DNA of 59,254 bases, the filler included, from Jimgerdemannia flammicorona (lineage: Eukaryota): assembly GCA_003990765.1 (NCBI GenBank). It is 3 parts of 3 records of this genome, joined end to end, with 100 filler letters (N's around TTAATTAATTAA, not from the genome) between each part and the next. Parts side by side here need not be neighbours in the genome. Positions count along the whole stretch, not along the records: positions 19,790 to 39,474 come from RBNJ01001874.1; positions 39,575 to 59,254 come from RBNJ01001875.1; 1 more part is not named here. One strand, written 5' to 3'. The notes beneath the pieces were generated by a model. The model worked only from the letters and a program-made list of their open reading frames with translations. It was not told the origin of the DNA and did no database searches. Position numbers and translations under genes: made by a program. Shown here one piece after another: positions 37,601 to 48,838 of this stretch; positions within the stretch are counted from its first letter, which is position 1; each line of letters starts with the position of its first letter.

Positions 37601-38910
37601 CCTCTCTGCTTTTTATATTCCCTCTTTCCTGTCATCTAGTATTTGATGCAATCTTTGCAAACCTTATTAATATAGTGATAAAGCTCATCACTATAGAGAT
37701 TCCTTACCACTATTTCAATAAACTCTCTATATTTATTAATAATAATACAGTTCTCTTTATTATAAAATACTCCAGTAGGCCAATAGACTCTTTAATTGAG
37801 AACAATTGACACTTATTTGAATGTAGACCTCCAAGTCTTAATAGTAATACTACTATTGCTTATACTGAATAACTTGCCCTATTTGATCAGATATCAGATA
37901 TAGTAACTTTGAATTCTCCTCTGTAGTGAAACTAAGTCTTAATCTGAGTAGTGGATCAAGTTAAGTATGTGTAATTTTTAAAGAAGAATACAAAAAAATA
38001 AAATTAAATAAAATAAAGAGTGAGTATTTAGAAAAAAATATGAGAATGAGTTATATATATATAAGTTATACAAAATTGCTCATAGAGGCTTACTTCTGAT
38101 TCTTTTAAGATCTCTACCATATAATGCATTAACTCAACAGCTCAGCTACCAAAGATATATCTCACAATATTCTCTAGCCTTTCTTCATCTTAACTAGATA
38201 TTGTGAATAAAGTTGACAGATCTTACTATAGAGCTGTAGACTCTAAGAAAAAGTGAACAGTATGAAATAAATTTGGTTATATATACTGTAAGATTTAAAT
38301 GTAGTGGAAAAAGACAACCTATATCTACTACTGGCTACTCTAAAAAGGCTATTATATATATAGCTGTGAGGTCTATAAATTCTGAGGTCTAAAGGGTCAC
38401 TATAAGTTGTTACCAGAATTCTCCCTCATTCTCATCATTGTTATCACTATTACTATTACTATCACAACTACTACTTTAGATCTCAATGAGCAGCTTATAT
38501 ATTGTCTATATGAGAAAGAACTTAATATTGTCAGCAGAGAGTACTTTTCTATTTAGAATATTCTCTCTTTTGACAATTATTAAATAGGTAAAAAAATAAG
38601 TAGAATAATATACAAATAAGAGCTACTATTTATTTATTAGTAATGTAGTAGAAAAAACAAAAAAGAGCATCAGAAAAAAGAAAAAGAATAAAGAAAAGAT
38701 GAAACAAAGAAAGGATGAAACAAAGAAAGAGTGAAATAAAGAAAGGGTTAAACAAAGAAAGAGTGATGTTATTAAAGATTTTGAGTGATCTAAATCAATC
38801 CAGATTAATTTGAATTGGATTACAAGATCAATCTGAGTTAATTCAAATCTATCACATAATGAATCTGAATTGTATCTTATCTGAATAAATTGAGTCTATT
38901 CAAAGTACTA
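34675..38910 (+). mobile_element. hAT DNA transposon copy 2 (transposase remnant ~34675-36145, cargo, terminus at 38910)
   Basis: Reverse complement of 2225-7150; TDN, HILNLAV, ELILD, MAWDYLTISATS; 21-bp repeats at 36645-36780; terminus ...TCTATTCAAAGTACTA. Confidence 0.85.
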
Positions 38911-38914
38911 ATAA

Positions 38915-39408
38915 TATAGATTAAGAGAGAGAAATTGTATAGATACTAGAATATTAGTTAAGAGAGTATAAGGTACTTGACATCTGAGTATTAATTAGAA
39001 GTCATCTAGAGGTTTGGCAATAAGATGACAGTGAGGAGAGAAGATAGGATAACTTAAAGTTATAGTTGAGAGTAGCTTACTATTAGATAGGTGTTAGTAA
39101 TATAAATAGATTGGCTAGACACTAATAGTATATATTTAAGGATAAGAGATAGATGGTTTTGAGAGATAGAATAGTAAGATAGAAAGAGTTAATAGTAGAT
39201 ATTCTGTCAGATTGATAGAGAGAGTGGGGCCCTCAAGAGAGTTGCTATAGATATTTAATAGAAGAGATATATATATAAGAAGAGTAATTGATAAGTTAGA
39301 GTAGTTAATAATCTGGTAGTTTTTGAGAGATTGGAGATAGAGAGAAGAAAGTATATTGGAGTAAGATAGAGTGAGGTTGGGGTAAAAAAGGGTGGGGTTG
39401 GGTTGAAG
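38915..39408 (+). pseudogene. Heavily decayed L1-type ORF2 fragment
   Basis: RVIDKLE.LI..FL...KGGVGLK resembles the post-RT 'KLxKxxRxFxW...GGLGL' block. Confidence 0.45.
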
Positions 39409-39474
39409 CTAGTGCATCGCAACCTGAGCTGACCTGTGTACATATTTAACCCAACCCAGAATTATATATTTTTT

Positions 39475-39574
39475 NNNNNNNNNNNNNNNNNNNNNNNNNN
39501 NNNNNNNNNNNNNNNNNNTTAATTAATTAANNNNNNNNNNNNNNNNNNNNNNNNNNNNNNNNNNNNNNNNNNNN
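39475..39574. other. Artificial contig spacer
   Basis: N44-TTAATTAATTAA-N44. Confidence 0.97.
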
Positions 39575-42500
39575 ACCCCTTCTCTGTGAAAGACTACTTT
39601 GTCAAACACAATCCCCACCCTCCCACCACTCTGCTCACATATGTATCTTCATCACTAAACCTCGACGTCTGCCTCCCTGAGGTCCCCAACCCACCCACTA
39701 TCCGGTCAGCAGATCCCCCACCAGCTCCTCCCACCTTAACACCTTCTCATGTAACCCCAACCGCTGCCCCTCCTCAAACACGAAAAGCCAATGTCCTGCC
39801 AGTCCCACCTATACTGCTAACACCCATCCCACAGTGAGCCAACTGTCCCCAACCCCACCCACAAGCCGAGATTTGAAGTCCTCCCAGCGACCCCCCTCCC
39901 CCACCCACCTATGCCCAATACCCAATCTATCCCCTATCTCAGCCCAAAATTCCCCCAAGACCTCACACTCCCCCAGCCAATGTTCCGGCGTCTGTACATA
40001 ACCCCCAGCTTGCCCAACATCATAACACTCCTCGCAGTCAAATTGTCCACCCTCTACTAGATGCCCTGAGCGGAAATTCAGCATGACATTCCTCCGCAAC
40101 ATTCTCCACCATACCACCCAGTACTTGGGAGGGAGCCACCTTCGGACCTCAGCACTCCAAGACCAGATGTCCGCCCAGTCCCACTCCTCTCCGATTCCAA
40201 CCGCCTGCCAGCTACTTGGCCAAAGGTCCCGGCCAAGCCCCTGCTGACACTCCACCCCCTCCCCAATATCGAACACAGCTAGGGGAGTACCCCCCAGGAG
40301 CAGACTATCCCAACGCCACATATTAGGCCCCCACGCCACCTCCCCCTCATTACCCTGCCAGCACAGACCAATTCGGTGTGCTCCCTCAGCCACTCCCCAC
40401 CAAAACCTCTTGAACTGCAGTCACCGAACTCCATTCAGCCCCACCAAAGAGAGCAGATCCCCAGAGGACCCTTGAGGGGAGGTTCGCATCTCCCATACCT
40501 TCTGCAGCAGAGGCACCCAACCTCTGCCCTACAATTCCACAGCTCTCCTCAATCACCAGACTCTCAAGCAGTGCAGCCTCTTAGAGAAATCCACCAGGCC
40601 CAGACCTCCCCTGACTACCGGTCTCGCCAGAGTATCCCAACTGACCTGGGACCTCCTCTCTGCCCAAATCCAGTCCCTAGCCACCTTCATTAGCTTCTTC
40701 ACCACCCACGCTGGGAAGTCTAGGTGATATGCTACATACCACAGCTTTGGGAACCAATATACATTCAGGATTGACACCTGCCCTGCTAGAGAGATATGGC
40801 GGCCTCCCCATCCTCAAAGGGCCTCCCCCCAACTGTTCACCCTGCCCTCCCACCACACTTGTGGTAAGACAGAACCATATATAGAGAGGAAGATGCCCAG
40901 ATACTGCACCACCTCACCAGTAGGGACAATTGTTCCAATGACGTCCCCACCCACTAACCCATTCCCTAGCACCATTGTCTCACACTTATACCAGTTGAGT
41001 TTTGCCCCCGAATGAGCCTCATACCATTCTACAGTCCCCTGAAGTGCCTCTACATCCACCACAGACCCAAGTCCAACCACCATATCATCAGTAAAGGCCC
41101 CCACCTTCCACACTATACCATATATAGAGAGCCCCGCTATCTTCTGGCGAATCCTATCCAACAATGGTTCCAGTGAAAGGGCATAGAGAATCGGGGATCC
41201 TTCCCAAAGAAAAAGCCCTCCCGCGATGACCATTACATGTCAGAGCTGCCCAACTACTTTCCAGCAGACTCAACATAGAGGCCCAAAATGTTGGGGGAAC
41301 ACCAATGCAGTCCAACACCTTTCCCAGCCATACCCACCGTACATGGTCATAGGCCTTCTCCTGGTCCAGAAAGACCAACCTTCCATCCAGCCCACAGGCC
41401 CGGGCCCCCTCAATGACCCCATGAACCCATGTAGTCCCATCTCGGATTAGCCTACCCCCAACAAAGCCCCTCTGCTCTTCTCTCAGCACCTGTTGGGCAA
41501 CCTTCTGCAGCCTCGTGACAATCACCTTAGTCATCATCTTCCTGTCCATATCCAGTAGTATGATCAGCCTCCAGTTCTTCCAGTCTTCCCTTCTTCCCTT
41601 ATCTTTGTACAGTAGGGCCACCAGCCCCAAATCCTGCTCTTCAACCCACATACCACTCTGAAGGACATGGTCACAAAGACCAGCCATCTCGCCCAACACT
41701 CTGGGGACATTTACCATCTTCTTCCAGAAGTCCCACGGCAATCCATCCTCTCCTGGCACTGTCCCAAGCTTAGTTGCTGCCAGGACACCCTGGATCTCCT
41801 CTCCCTGGACTGGCAAGATCAAGTCCCCCAGTCCATCAACCTGCGGTGGTTCCCACTCCTCTAGTGAATCCGCAATCTCTGCCCCATCCACACCCCCTTC
41901 TCCCTCACTCTACAAACCCTGCCATCTCTCCTTAAGACCCCCAGGATTTGTTGCGTGCCATGAACCATGTCCCCATCAGCATCCAGGACTCCATCCCACC
42001 GATGGCATACCCGCCTAGCTTTGAGAAGTCTTGATAAGTACCTAGTAGGCCGCTCACCCTCCTCAAGCCCCTGCCACCACAGCCTAGCAGCCATGCCCTG
42101 CATATATATCTCCTCCTCTTCCCTCAGCACCTGTTGTAGTTCCACTACCTCCAATTTCGCCCTCTCTATCCTCCAATCCTCCACCCCCACAATAGTGAGC
42201 AAGTCTGCCCAATCTACTTGTAGTCTCCTCAGCCTGCTGGAAGCACACCTCATGCACCTCCTTCTCAGCCTCCCAGCCTCCCTACCGGCCTCTTCCCAAT
42301 AAACCCTTGCAGCCTCTTTCAATCGCATCCAATGGACAGCCACAGGCAAACCCTCATGCTTCCAAGTACAAACTTTTGCCTGAATGTTCTTCACCCAAAG
42401 TTCCCACAGCCCCTTCTCAGCCAGCAGAGAGGAGTTAAGGCACCAATGTCTGGGTCCATCTCCATTCCCCCCAAACTGCCCCCACCCCAATAGTCCCCAG

Positions 42501-45322
42501 TGATCAAACCATGGGCACCACTCCACTTTCAATGCCTTCCAAACATCCGAACCCCAGCACTCTGCTGTCAGAATCCAGTCAATCCTTGTGCCCAGGCCAT
42601 TCACCCAATGCGTGTAGACCCTGGTGTCACCCCACCTCGTTCTGCCCATATCCCCCAAGGAGCTCAACATCTCCACCTCCTCCCACGCATCCAGACCTCC
42701 ACTTCTACCCCTGGCACTCCTCCCTCCATCAGTTCTGTCCAGATGCTGATCCTGAACATATTAAAGTCCCCACCAAGAACATCTACCCCTTCCTCCAAGA
42801 GAGTATCCTCTTCCAGCAATCCCCTAATCCAAGCAATCCGCTCACCCCTAGCCGCAGGGCAGTAGCAAGAGCCCACCTTCACCGATTCTCAACCTGGCCG
42901 ATGCCAATCTCCCCAGACCAAGCAATCACCCCAGCTCCTGATTCCCCCCAAGTCTCCTCTGCCTTTCCTCACCAGAATTGCTACCTTTCCAAACCATGCA
43001 GCAGCCCCCCCCCACTCCTTAGTCCACTCCGCCCAATCGTCCTCATCCTCACATCAAACATCCTGTAATAAAAAGAGATCAGCCTCCAATCCCTTGAGCC
43101 AAGTAAAAATGTTCCTATGCCGCCCAGATCCCCTTAGCCCATTCACATTCAAGGAAAAAATGTTGGTTGTACTGTTCATAAAGAATAATGATATATAACA
43201 AAGCCCATCCTCTATAAGTCGGCATCCTGCCTCTCCTGCACCAGGTCCAAGTTAAGTTCAGCAGCCAGTTCCCTCTCCCCAGCTTCCCGTACCTCCAACT
43301 CCCCCAGAAGTTCGACCATCGCCCCATCCTCATGCTCCTCAAAATCCTCGCGATACTCCAGACATGCCTCCTGCCAGAGCTGTAGACCCCGATGCTCTGC
43401 CCAACAGTAGGCTGCCCACTCAGCAGCGACTACCCCCAGTTCTGCCTTCCTCACCTCATCCACCTCATATCCCTCCTCCTCTATCAAAATCGCCAGAATC
43501 TCCACCTTCAGTGCCTCCACCATTCCATCCCCATGCAGGATCCTTGCCCAATGCTCCTCAGGCATCACCCGCAGGTCTACCTCCCCCAATGCTTCTGCTG
43601 CAAGGTTATCCATCACCTTGCATACCCACAACAAGTTCCCCACCTCTTTCCCTCCCGGAGTCCCCAGCTGCCCTGCATCCAACATCGTAGTATCAGCTCC
43701 TACACTAGCAGCCTCATCCCACTCCTCCTCAGGGACATCCACCAGCTCATCCTTGCCAACTGCCACCACTTGACCCCCTTGAGCCACATCAGGGACCCCA
43801 AAGCACACCTGCTGGGCCCCCTGCATCCGTGTATCCTCCGGCCTCTCTTGCATCCCCACTGGGCCCCTCCTGATAAGTGGGAGGGGAGTGGCATCCAACT
43901 CCGGCTCCCACACTTCAAAGGTACCATCAGCAAATGGGTCCTTGACCAGCCCCTTCCCGGCTCCTGCCTCCTTCGCTTCCACCTCCTCTCCTCCTTTACC
44001 AGCCCAGACACTGGCCTCAGCACCCCCAGACTCCTCAGCTTCACTCGACTGCTTCTTCCCCCCACCTGTCATATCCACCAACAGCTCCTTCTGCCTCTTG
44101 TATCTCTGGATCCACTTCCACTGCTTCTTATCCATATGGATACGCCTCCCACCCACAACCTCCAGATGTGTCGATTCCTCAAACAGTTTCCAGGCCTTCG
44201 CCCTCCTCTCTACAGCACCACCCAACTCCTCCAGCACCTCCAACAAGTCCTCCTCCTCCTCTTCGCTCCCCTTCACCCTCGACACCTTGTAGATGACAGC
44301 CCCCCACATCAGTACCGAGGGCCAGTCACTCGGCTTCCCTGTGGCCTCTTTCCCTGCCAACCGAATCCTAACATCGACGTCGCCTGTCCTGATAGTCGTC
44401 CCCTCCCACAATTGAAATCCAATGTCCACCATGTCGCCATACTCAACCATCACCTCCTCCATCCTCCTCCTAGTCTCCTCCTTAGTCACCGTGGGCACCC
44501 CCCTCACCAGAAGCTGCACAACCCTGGGGTCCCACCTCAAGCACCTAACCATGGGGACCACTACCTCCCCAACCACCACTCCTGTCTTCATGGCCTTGTC
44601 CAGTAGGCCTGCCTCCTCAAAGCCCACCTCAACTCCCTCCATGCCCTTCAAGAACTTCACCAAGGCCGTACCAGCCACCTGCTTCGAGATAAGCCCCAGG
44701 ACCATCCTCACCATCACCGCCAAGCCCCGGAAGCACAAGGTAGCCACGAACTCCGAGATTAACTTCTTGAGCAACAGGGCCACTGTCAGTCCCGTTACAC
44801 CATCAGCCAGGTCCCCCTTCCACATCAGGAGCCCCTGCCCCCCCTGGCCATCAACTGTCACATCTCTTTTTTTTTCCAGATTCGCCATCACGCCACCATC
44901 AGCAGTCCCACCACTACTCCCAGCCATCCCTCCACTTCCCCCACCTCCCCCCAGTGAAGGTCCAGCTCCCCCAGCGGTTCCATCCTTCTGCTTCCCCTTC
45001 CCTCCCGCCGGTCCACCACGAGTGCCCAATGGCCAGCCCCCACCCCTCAGCATGTCTGCAAAGCTCCTCCCCTGCTTCTCTCCAGCCCTCCCACCAGTGC
45101 CACTTCCACTGCCAGAGCCACCCTGCCCACTCAAGCCACCGAAGGACCCCATCCCCAATCCATACCCTCTCCCGACAGTCTGCCAGTCGAAGGCCCCAGG
45201 TCCACCCGACCTAGTACGCACGTCGGCTTGCTTACTGGTTGACATTGTCTTAGTATCTTTTCTCCAATAAATGCTGCGAAAGTGTGTTGAAAAGTGTGTG
45301 TAACGTGAATTGTAGTGGAGAA
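39575..45322 (-). mobile_element. L1-clade LINE copy d, near full length and relatively young, inserted in Gypsy-B integrase
   Basis: 5' end TTTTCTCCACTACAATTCACG; open ORF1; ORF2 from ATG at 43179 with stops and frameshifts, and a deletion removing GVPQGDPL (~41195); C-terminal CEEC...EHWLGEC. Confidence 0.93.
43212..45245 (-). CDS. LINE ORF1 protein, 677 aa (Gly-rich N-terminus, RRM-like middle, acidic C-terminal domain)
   Basis: Uninterrupted ORF ~30 bp upstream of ORF2; homologous to ORF1 fragments of copies a, b and c. Confidence 0.85.
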   Translation of the reverse strand: MSTSKQADVRTRSGGPGAFDWQTVGRGYGLGMGSFGGLSGQGGSGSGSGTGGRAGEKQGRSFADMLRGGGWPLGTRGGPAGGKGKQKDGTAGGAGPSLGGGGGSGGMAGSSGGTADGGVMANLEKKRDVTVDGQGGQGLLMWKGDLADGVTGLTVALLLKKLISEFVATLCFRGLAVMVRMVLGLISKQVAGTALVKFLKGMEGVEVGFEEAGLLDKAMKTGVVVGEVVVPMVRCLRWDPRVVQLLVRGVPTVTKEETRRRMEEVMVEYGDMVDIGFQLWEGTTIRTGDVDVRIRLAGKEATGKPSDWPSVLMWGAVIYKVSRVKGSEEEEEDLLEVLEELGGAVERRAKAWKLFEESTHLEVVGGRRIHMDKKQWKWIQRYKRQKELLVDMTGGGKKQSSEAEESGGAEASVWAGKGGEEVEAKEAGAGKGLVKDPFADGTFEVWEPELDATPLPLIRRGPVGMQERPEDTRMQGAQQVCFGVPDVAQGGQVVAVGKDELVDVPEEEWDEAASVGADTTMLDAGQLGTPGGKEVGNLLWVCKVMDNLAAEALGEVDLRVMPEEHWARILHGDGMVEALKVEILAILIEEEGYEVDEVRKAELGVVAAEWAAYCWAEHRGLQLWQEACLEYREDFEEHEDGAMVELLGELEVREAGERELAAELNLDLVQERQDADL

Positions 45323-46259
45323 AAAGTCCTACTAGACATCAGAGGATACCGAGTTGACAACCTCAAGCACAGACTATCTACAAAGCTGAACAGCAAGTTC
45401 ATTGGACCATTTGAAGTCATCACACAAGTCTCTCTAACCTCCTACAAACTGGCACTACCAGATACCATTAAGATTCACCCAGTCTTTAATGTCCAATGTC
45501 TCAAGCGATATAATGAGAATGATGACAAGCTATTTCCAAACCGGACCACCAAACCACCTGTACCTGTCATTATTAATGACTAAGAAGAGTATGAAGTTGA
45601 ATAAATCCTCAACAAACATGGCAACAAGAACCATCCTGAGTACCTTGTCAAATGGAAAGATTACCCGATCCATGATGCAATCTGGGAACCCAAGACCAAT
45701 CTCCAGAATGCTACCGACCTAGTTTAGGGATATGATTCCTTGAATAACTAGAACCAGATACTCCGTACCTATCTATACATACTATATATTATCCTCCTGA
45801 ACATTATAATTATCGCAATCCAAACCAAGAACTCAGCAAAATAAGACAAGAATACTAACCCTCTGGAGAAATGGCAAACTAAAAGCAAGCCTATTCTCTC
45901 TGTACCACTGAACAAAATTAGAAAGCCCCGATAAGGATGTCGAAAGCTAAAAAGAGGAGAGTTGTAAGTGCACAACCTCCAAGCCACCGAAATTACACGT
46001 CACCCTCTGAACAAGCCACTGAAATCACACGCGACCTCCGAACAAATCTGGAAATCACCTGCTTGATCATGAAGCTGAGTCAAACCAAAGTCACAGCATA
46101 CAAAGCTGAGTCAATATGAAGTCACAGAACACAAGATTTACACAAACGGAATCTTACCAATTAGGATCAAATGTATATATACTGTGCACTGAGACGTATC
46201 GAATCAGAGAACCAAAACAAATAAACAACCACAACTTCCAAACATACAAACATAACCAC

Positions 46260-46824
46260 CAAGATCTACAACTGTATCTGTGCTAACATTTGGAATGCCA
46301 TTGTCAACCGAGCCACACCCCCTCTGTCCCTCATGAATATCCATAGCCTGGCACCCCTCTACTTCGTGGAAGCCTGATGGAATGCTCTGAACATACTTAG
46401 CAAGGTCCACCGAATCAGACAAATCTCAAGCTACTATCAGATCGGCCGCCTCCTGGAAGACATGGTCAAACACCACCATGATACAGACATTACCCAGATG
46501 TCTCAACACCAGAAGCTCATCGCCTGCAAATATCAAGAACTCTTCTATGAGTATAGCACTATTATTCTCTGCCTCTGAGTTACTACCAGCAAAATGGTTG
46601 CTACTCTGTCCTATGGCCAAATCGATGATATGATACAAGAACTCAACCAGAAGTACCTCGAGTATGTTGAAACTACAGATAGAACCTTCCCACACCCCAA
46701 TGATCATATCCTACAAATGCCCCAAGTTGGATATACTATGAAGGACATCTACGATATAATCCACTTTGATGAAGACGAAGCAGAAGACAATGATCCCTCT
46801 GACACCAATATGACCTCTAGTTAA
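46260..46824 (+). pseudogene. Accessory ORF-X inside LTR-B
   Basis: KVHRIRQISSYYQIGRLLE...LIACKYQELF...IILCL*VTTSKMVATLSYGQIDDMIQEL; both internal stops are TGA, consistent with CGA deamination. Confidence 0.7.
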
Positions 46825-46863
46825 GGATCTCTGCCAACCCTGATTACTCCGCCAACCTTACTG

Positions 46864-47349
46864 ATGAACTTACAACAGTTTATAACTGCATATGAGACTT
46901 ATTGGGATAATGACCACTGGTATAAATACCAACCTGCATTTACCCCCGATTACTTCAACTACAATGAAGAGACTGGAGAACACAACCTATACCTCCAGAC
47001 AACTCTCGAGATTGAACTAACCACTCCACCACCTGAGTATGAGCGACATGAACTACAGCCACCAGCTTACTACAATCCTGCAACTCATAGTGCTGTAACC
47101 TATAGAAGGTACACAGACAGTGAATCCGATGAAAGTGAAAACGATGCACCCCTGCTTCACCCACCAACACCTTATCCAGCATATGAGACTGATGATGCCA
47201 TCTTGTGGGATGGAGATGAAGTTCCAATGTATTATTACCTCAGTGAACAAGGAGAAGTAATCCGCAAACCATTATTCCTAGATGACTACTTCATCAGAGA
47301 TGATACAATCAATAGTAATGTCATTGAAGACTACCCAGACAGCACCTAA
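46864..47349 (+). CDS. Accessory ORF-Y inside LTR-B, 161 aa, acidic Tyr/Pro-rich, function unknown
   Basis: Open ORF; C-terminus IRDDTINSNVI recurs at ~48110 and as ARDDVINSNII at ~8190 (-). Confidence 0.65.
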   Translation: MNLQQFITAYETYWDNDHWYKYQPAFTPDYFNYNEETGEHNLYLQTTLEIELTTPPPEYERHELQPPAYYNPATHSAVTYRRYTDSESDESENDAPLLHPPTPYPAYETDDAILWDGDEVPMYYYLSEQGEVIRKPLFLDDYFIRDDTINSNVIEDYPDST

Positions 47350-48838
47350 ACCCATAAATAGCCTAGCAGTCATAGTATAGTTAGATTAGCATTATACTAC
47401 ATGACTGTATTCTGACTCAGCAAAGCACTTAGTGCTATATCCATATCTAGCATAGTCCAGATAGCCCCTCATTAGTATAAATACCCCCTCCCGCAGACCT
47501 CAGAATCTCAGACTCGAACACACAAGAACATTCCTGAACACTTTCCCACAATATCCCTTTACATAACTACTCCTAGTATAGTAATATCATGAATAGCGAA
47601 TAAACCTATTTAATAACCCACAAACTACTCTTAAGTAAATCCACTTTCTATTAGGTCCTACTCCTAACCCCGTCACGAAATTTCCTAATTGGGTATTGTC
47701 TGCAGTGATATGCCAATTCAACTAAGCTGGTCTTAGTTTCTTAAACTTCCTGAAATACAGAAAATCCTGAACATCCAGAACTAGTCCAAAAAAGGACTTT
47801 GGTTGAGATGTCAACCCGATCTTGAAATCAATAAGTATAGAGGATGTACTCCATACAAAATTGATCTTGACCATAAGAAAACGGTCTTCCAGAATATCCA
47901 GAATATCCAGAAAACCTTTCCAGAACTACGTAATGGTTACTCTAAAAAGTAACCCTCTTATACCATCCTTCATCCACCAATACCTTATCCAGCCTATGAG
48001 ACAGATGATGCTATCCTGTGGGACAGAGATGAAGTTCCAATATATTATTACCTCAGCGAACAAGGAGAAGTAATCCACGAACTACTCTTCCTAGACAACT
48101 ACTTCATCAGAGATAATACAATCAATAGTGATGTCATCGAGGACTACTCAGATAGTGCCTAAACCTATAAATAACCTAGCAGTCATAGTATAGTTAGATT
48201 AGCCTTGTACAATATAACTGTGAACTGACTCAGTAGTCAGATAATCCCTTGATATGTCAGATCACACTTGTACTATGTGACTGCATTCTGACTCAGCAAG
48301 GCACTTAGTGCTATATCCATATCTAACATAGTACAGATAGCCTCTCACTAGTATAAATACCCCCTCCCCCAGACCTCAGAATCTCAGACTCGAACACACA
48401 AGAATATTCCTGAATACTTCTCCACAATATCCCTTTACACAACTACTCCTAGTATAGCAATATCATGAATAGCAAATAAACCTATTCAATAACCTACAAA
48501 TCACTCTTAAGTAAATCTGCTCTCTGTTAGGTCTCACTCCTAACCCCATCGCGAAATTTCCTAATTGGGTATTGTCTGCAGCGATACACCAATTCAACTA
48601 AGCTGGTCTTAGTTTCTTGAACTTTCTGAAATATGGAAAATCCTGAATATTCAGAACTAGTCTGAAAAAGAACTTTGGTTGAGATGTTAACCCGATCTTG
48701 AAATCAATAAGCATAGAGGATATACTCTATATGAAATTGATCTTGACCATAAGAAAATAGTCTTCCAAAATATCCAGAACTTCCAGAAAACCTTTCCAGA
48801 ACTATGTAATAGTTACTCTAAAAAGCAACCCTCTTACA

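Larger units (their letters stand above)
45323..48838 (+). mobile_element. Gypsy family B (chromovirus) 3' end: integrase GPF, chromodomain, PPT, ~2-kb LTR, plus a second partial LTR
   Basis: KLNSKFIGPFEV...IHPVFNV; EYEVE*IL...EYLVKWKDY...WEPKTNL; PPT AAAAAGAGGAGAG; LTR TGTAAG at 45963 to CTTATA at 47962; 47963-48838 repeats 47150-47962 and ends CTTACA. Confidence 0.9.

Noticed and set aside
2225..38910. Giant element bounded by ~5-kb inverted repeats (the two hAT copies with termini facing outward)
   Set aside because: The copies lie on different contigs separated by an artificial spacer, both show the same terminus, and the 8-bp flanks (TATACTAC vs ATAATATA) do not form a TSD.
39410..39474. 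TAGTGCATCGCAACC... with AACCC repeats, a possible second DNA-transposon terminus
   Set aside because: Only ~65 bp before the gap; no partner end or transposase visible.
43392..45270. Long plus-strand ORFs (404 aa, 282 aa), and 15851..17047 on the minus strand
   Set aside because: Antisense shadows of the G-rich L1 ORF1; low-complexity Pro/Ser/Leu translations.
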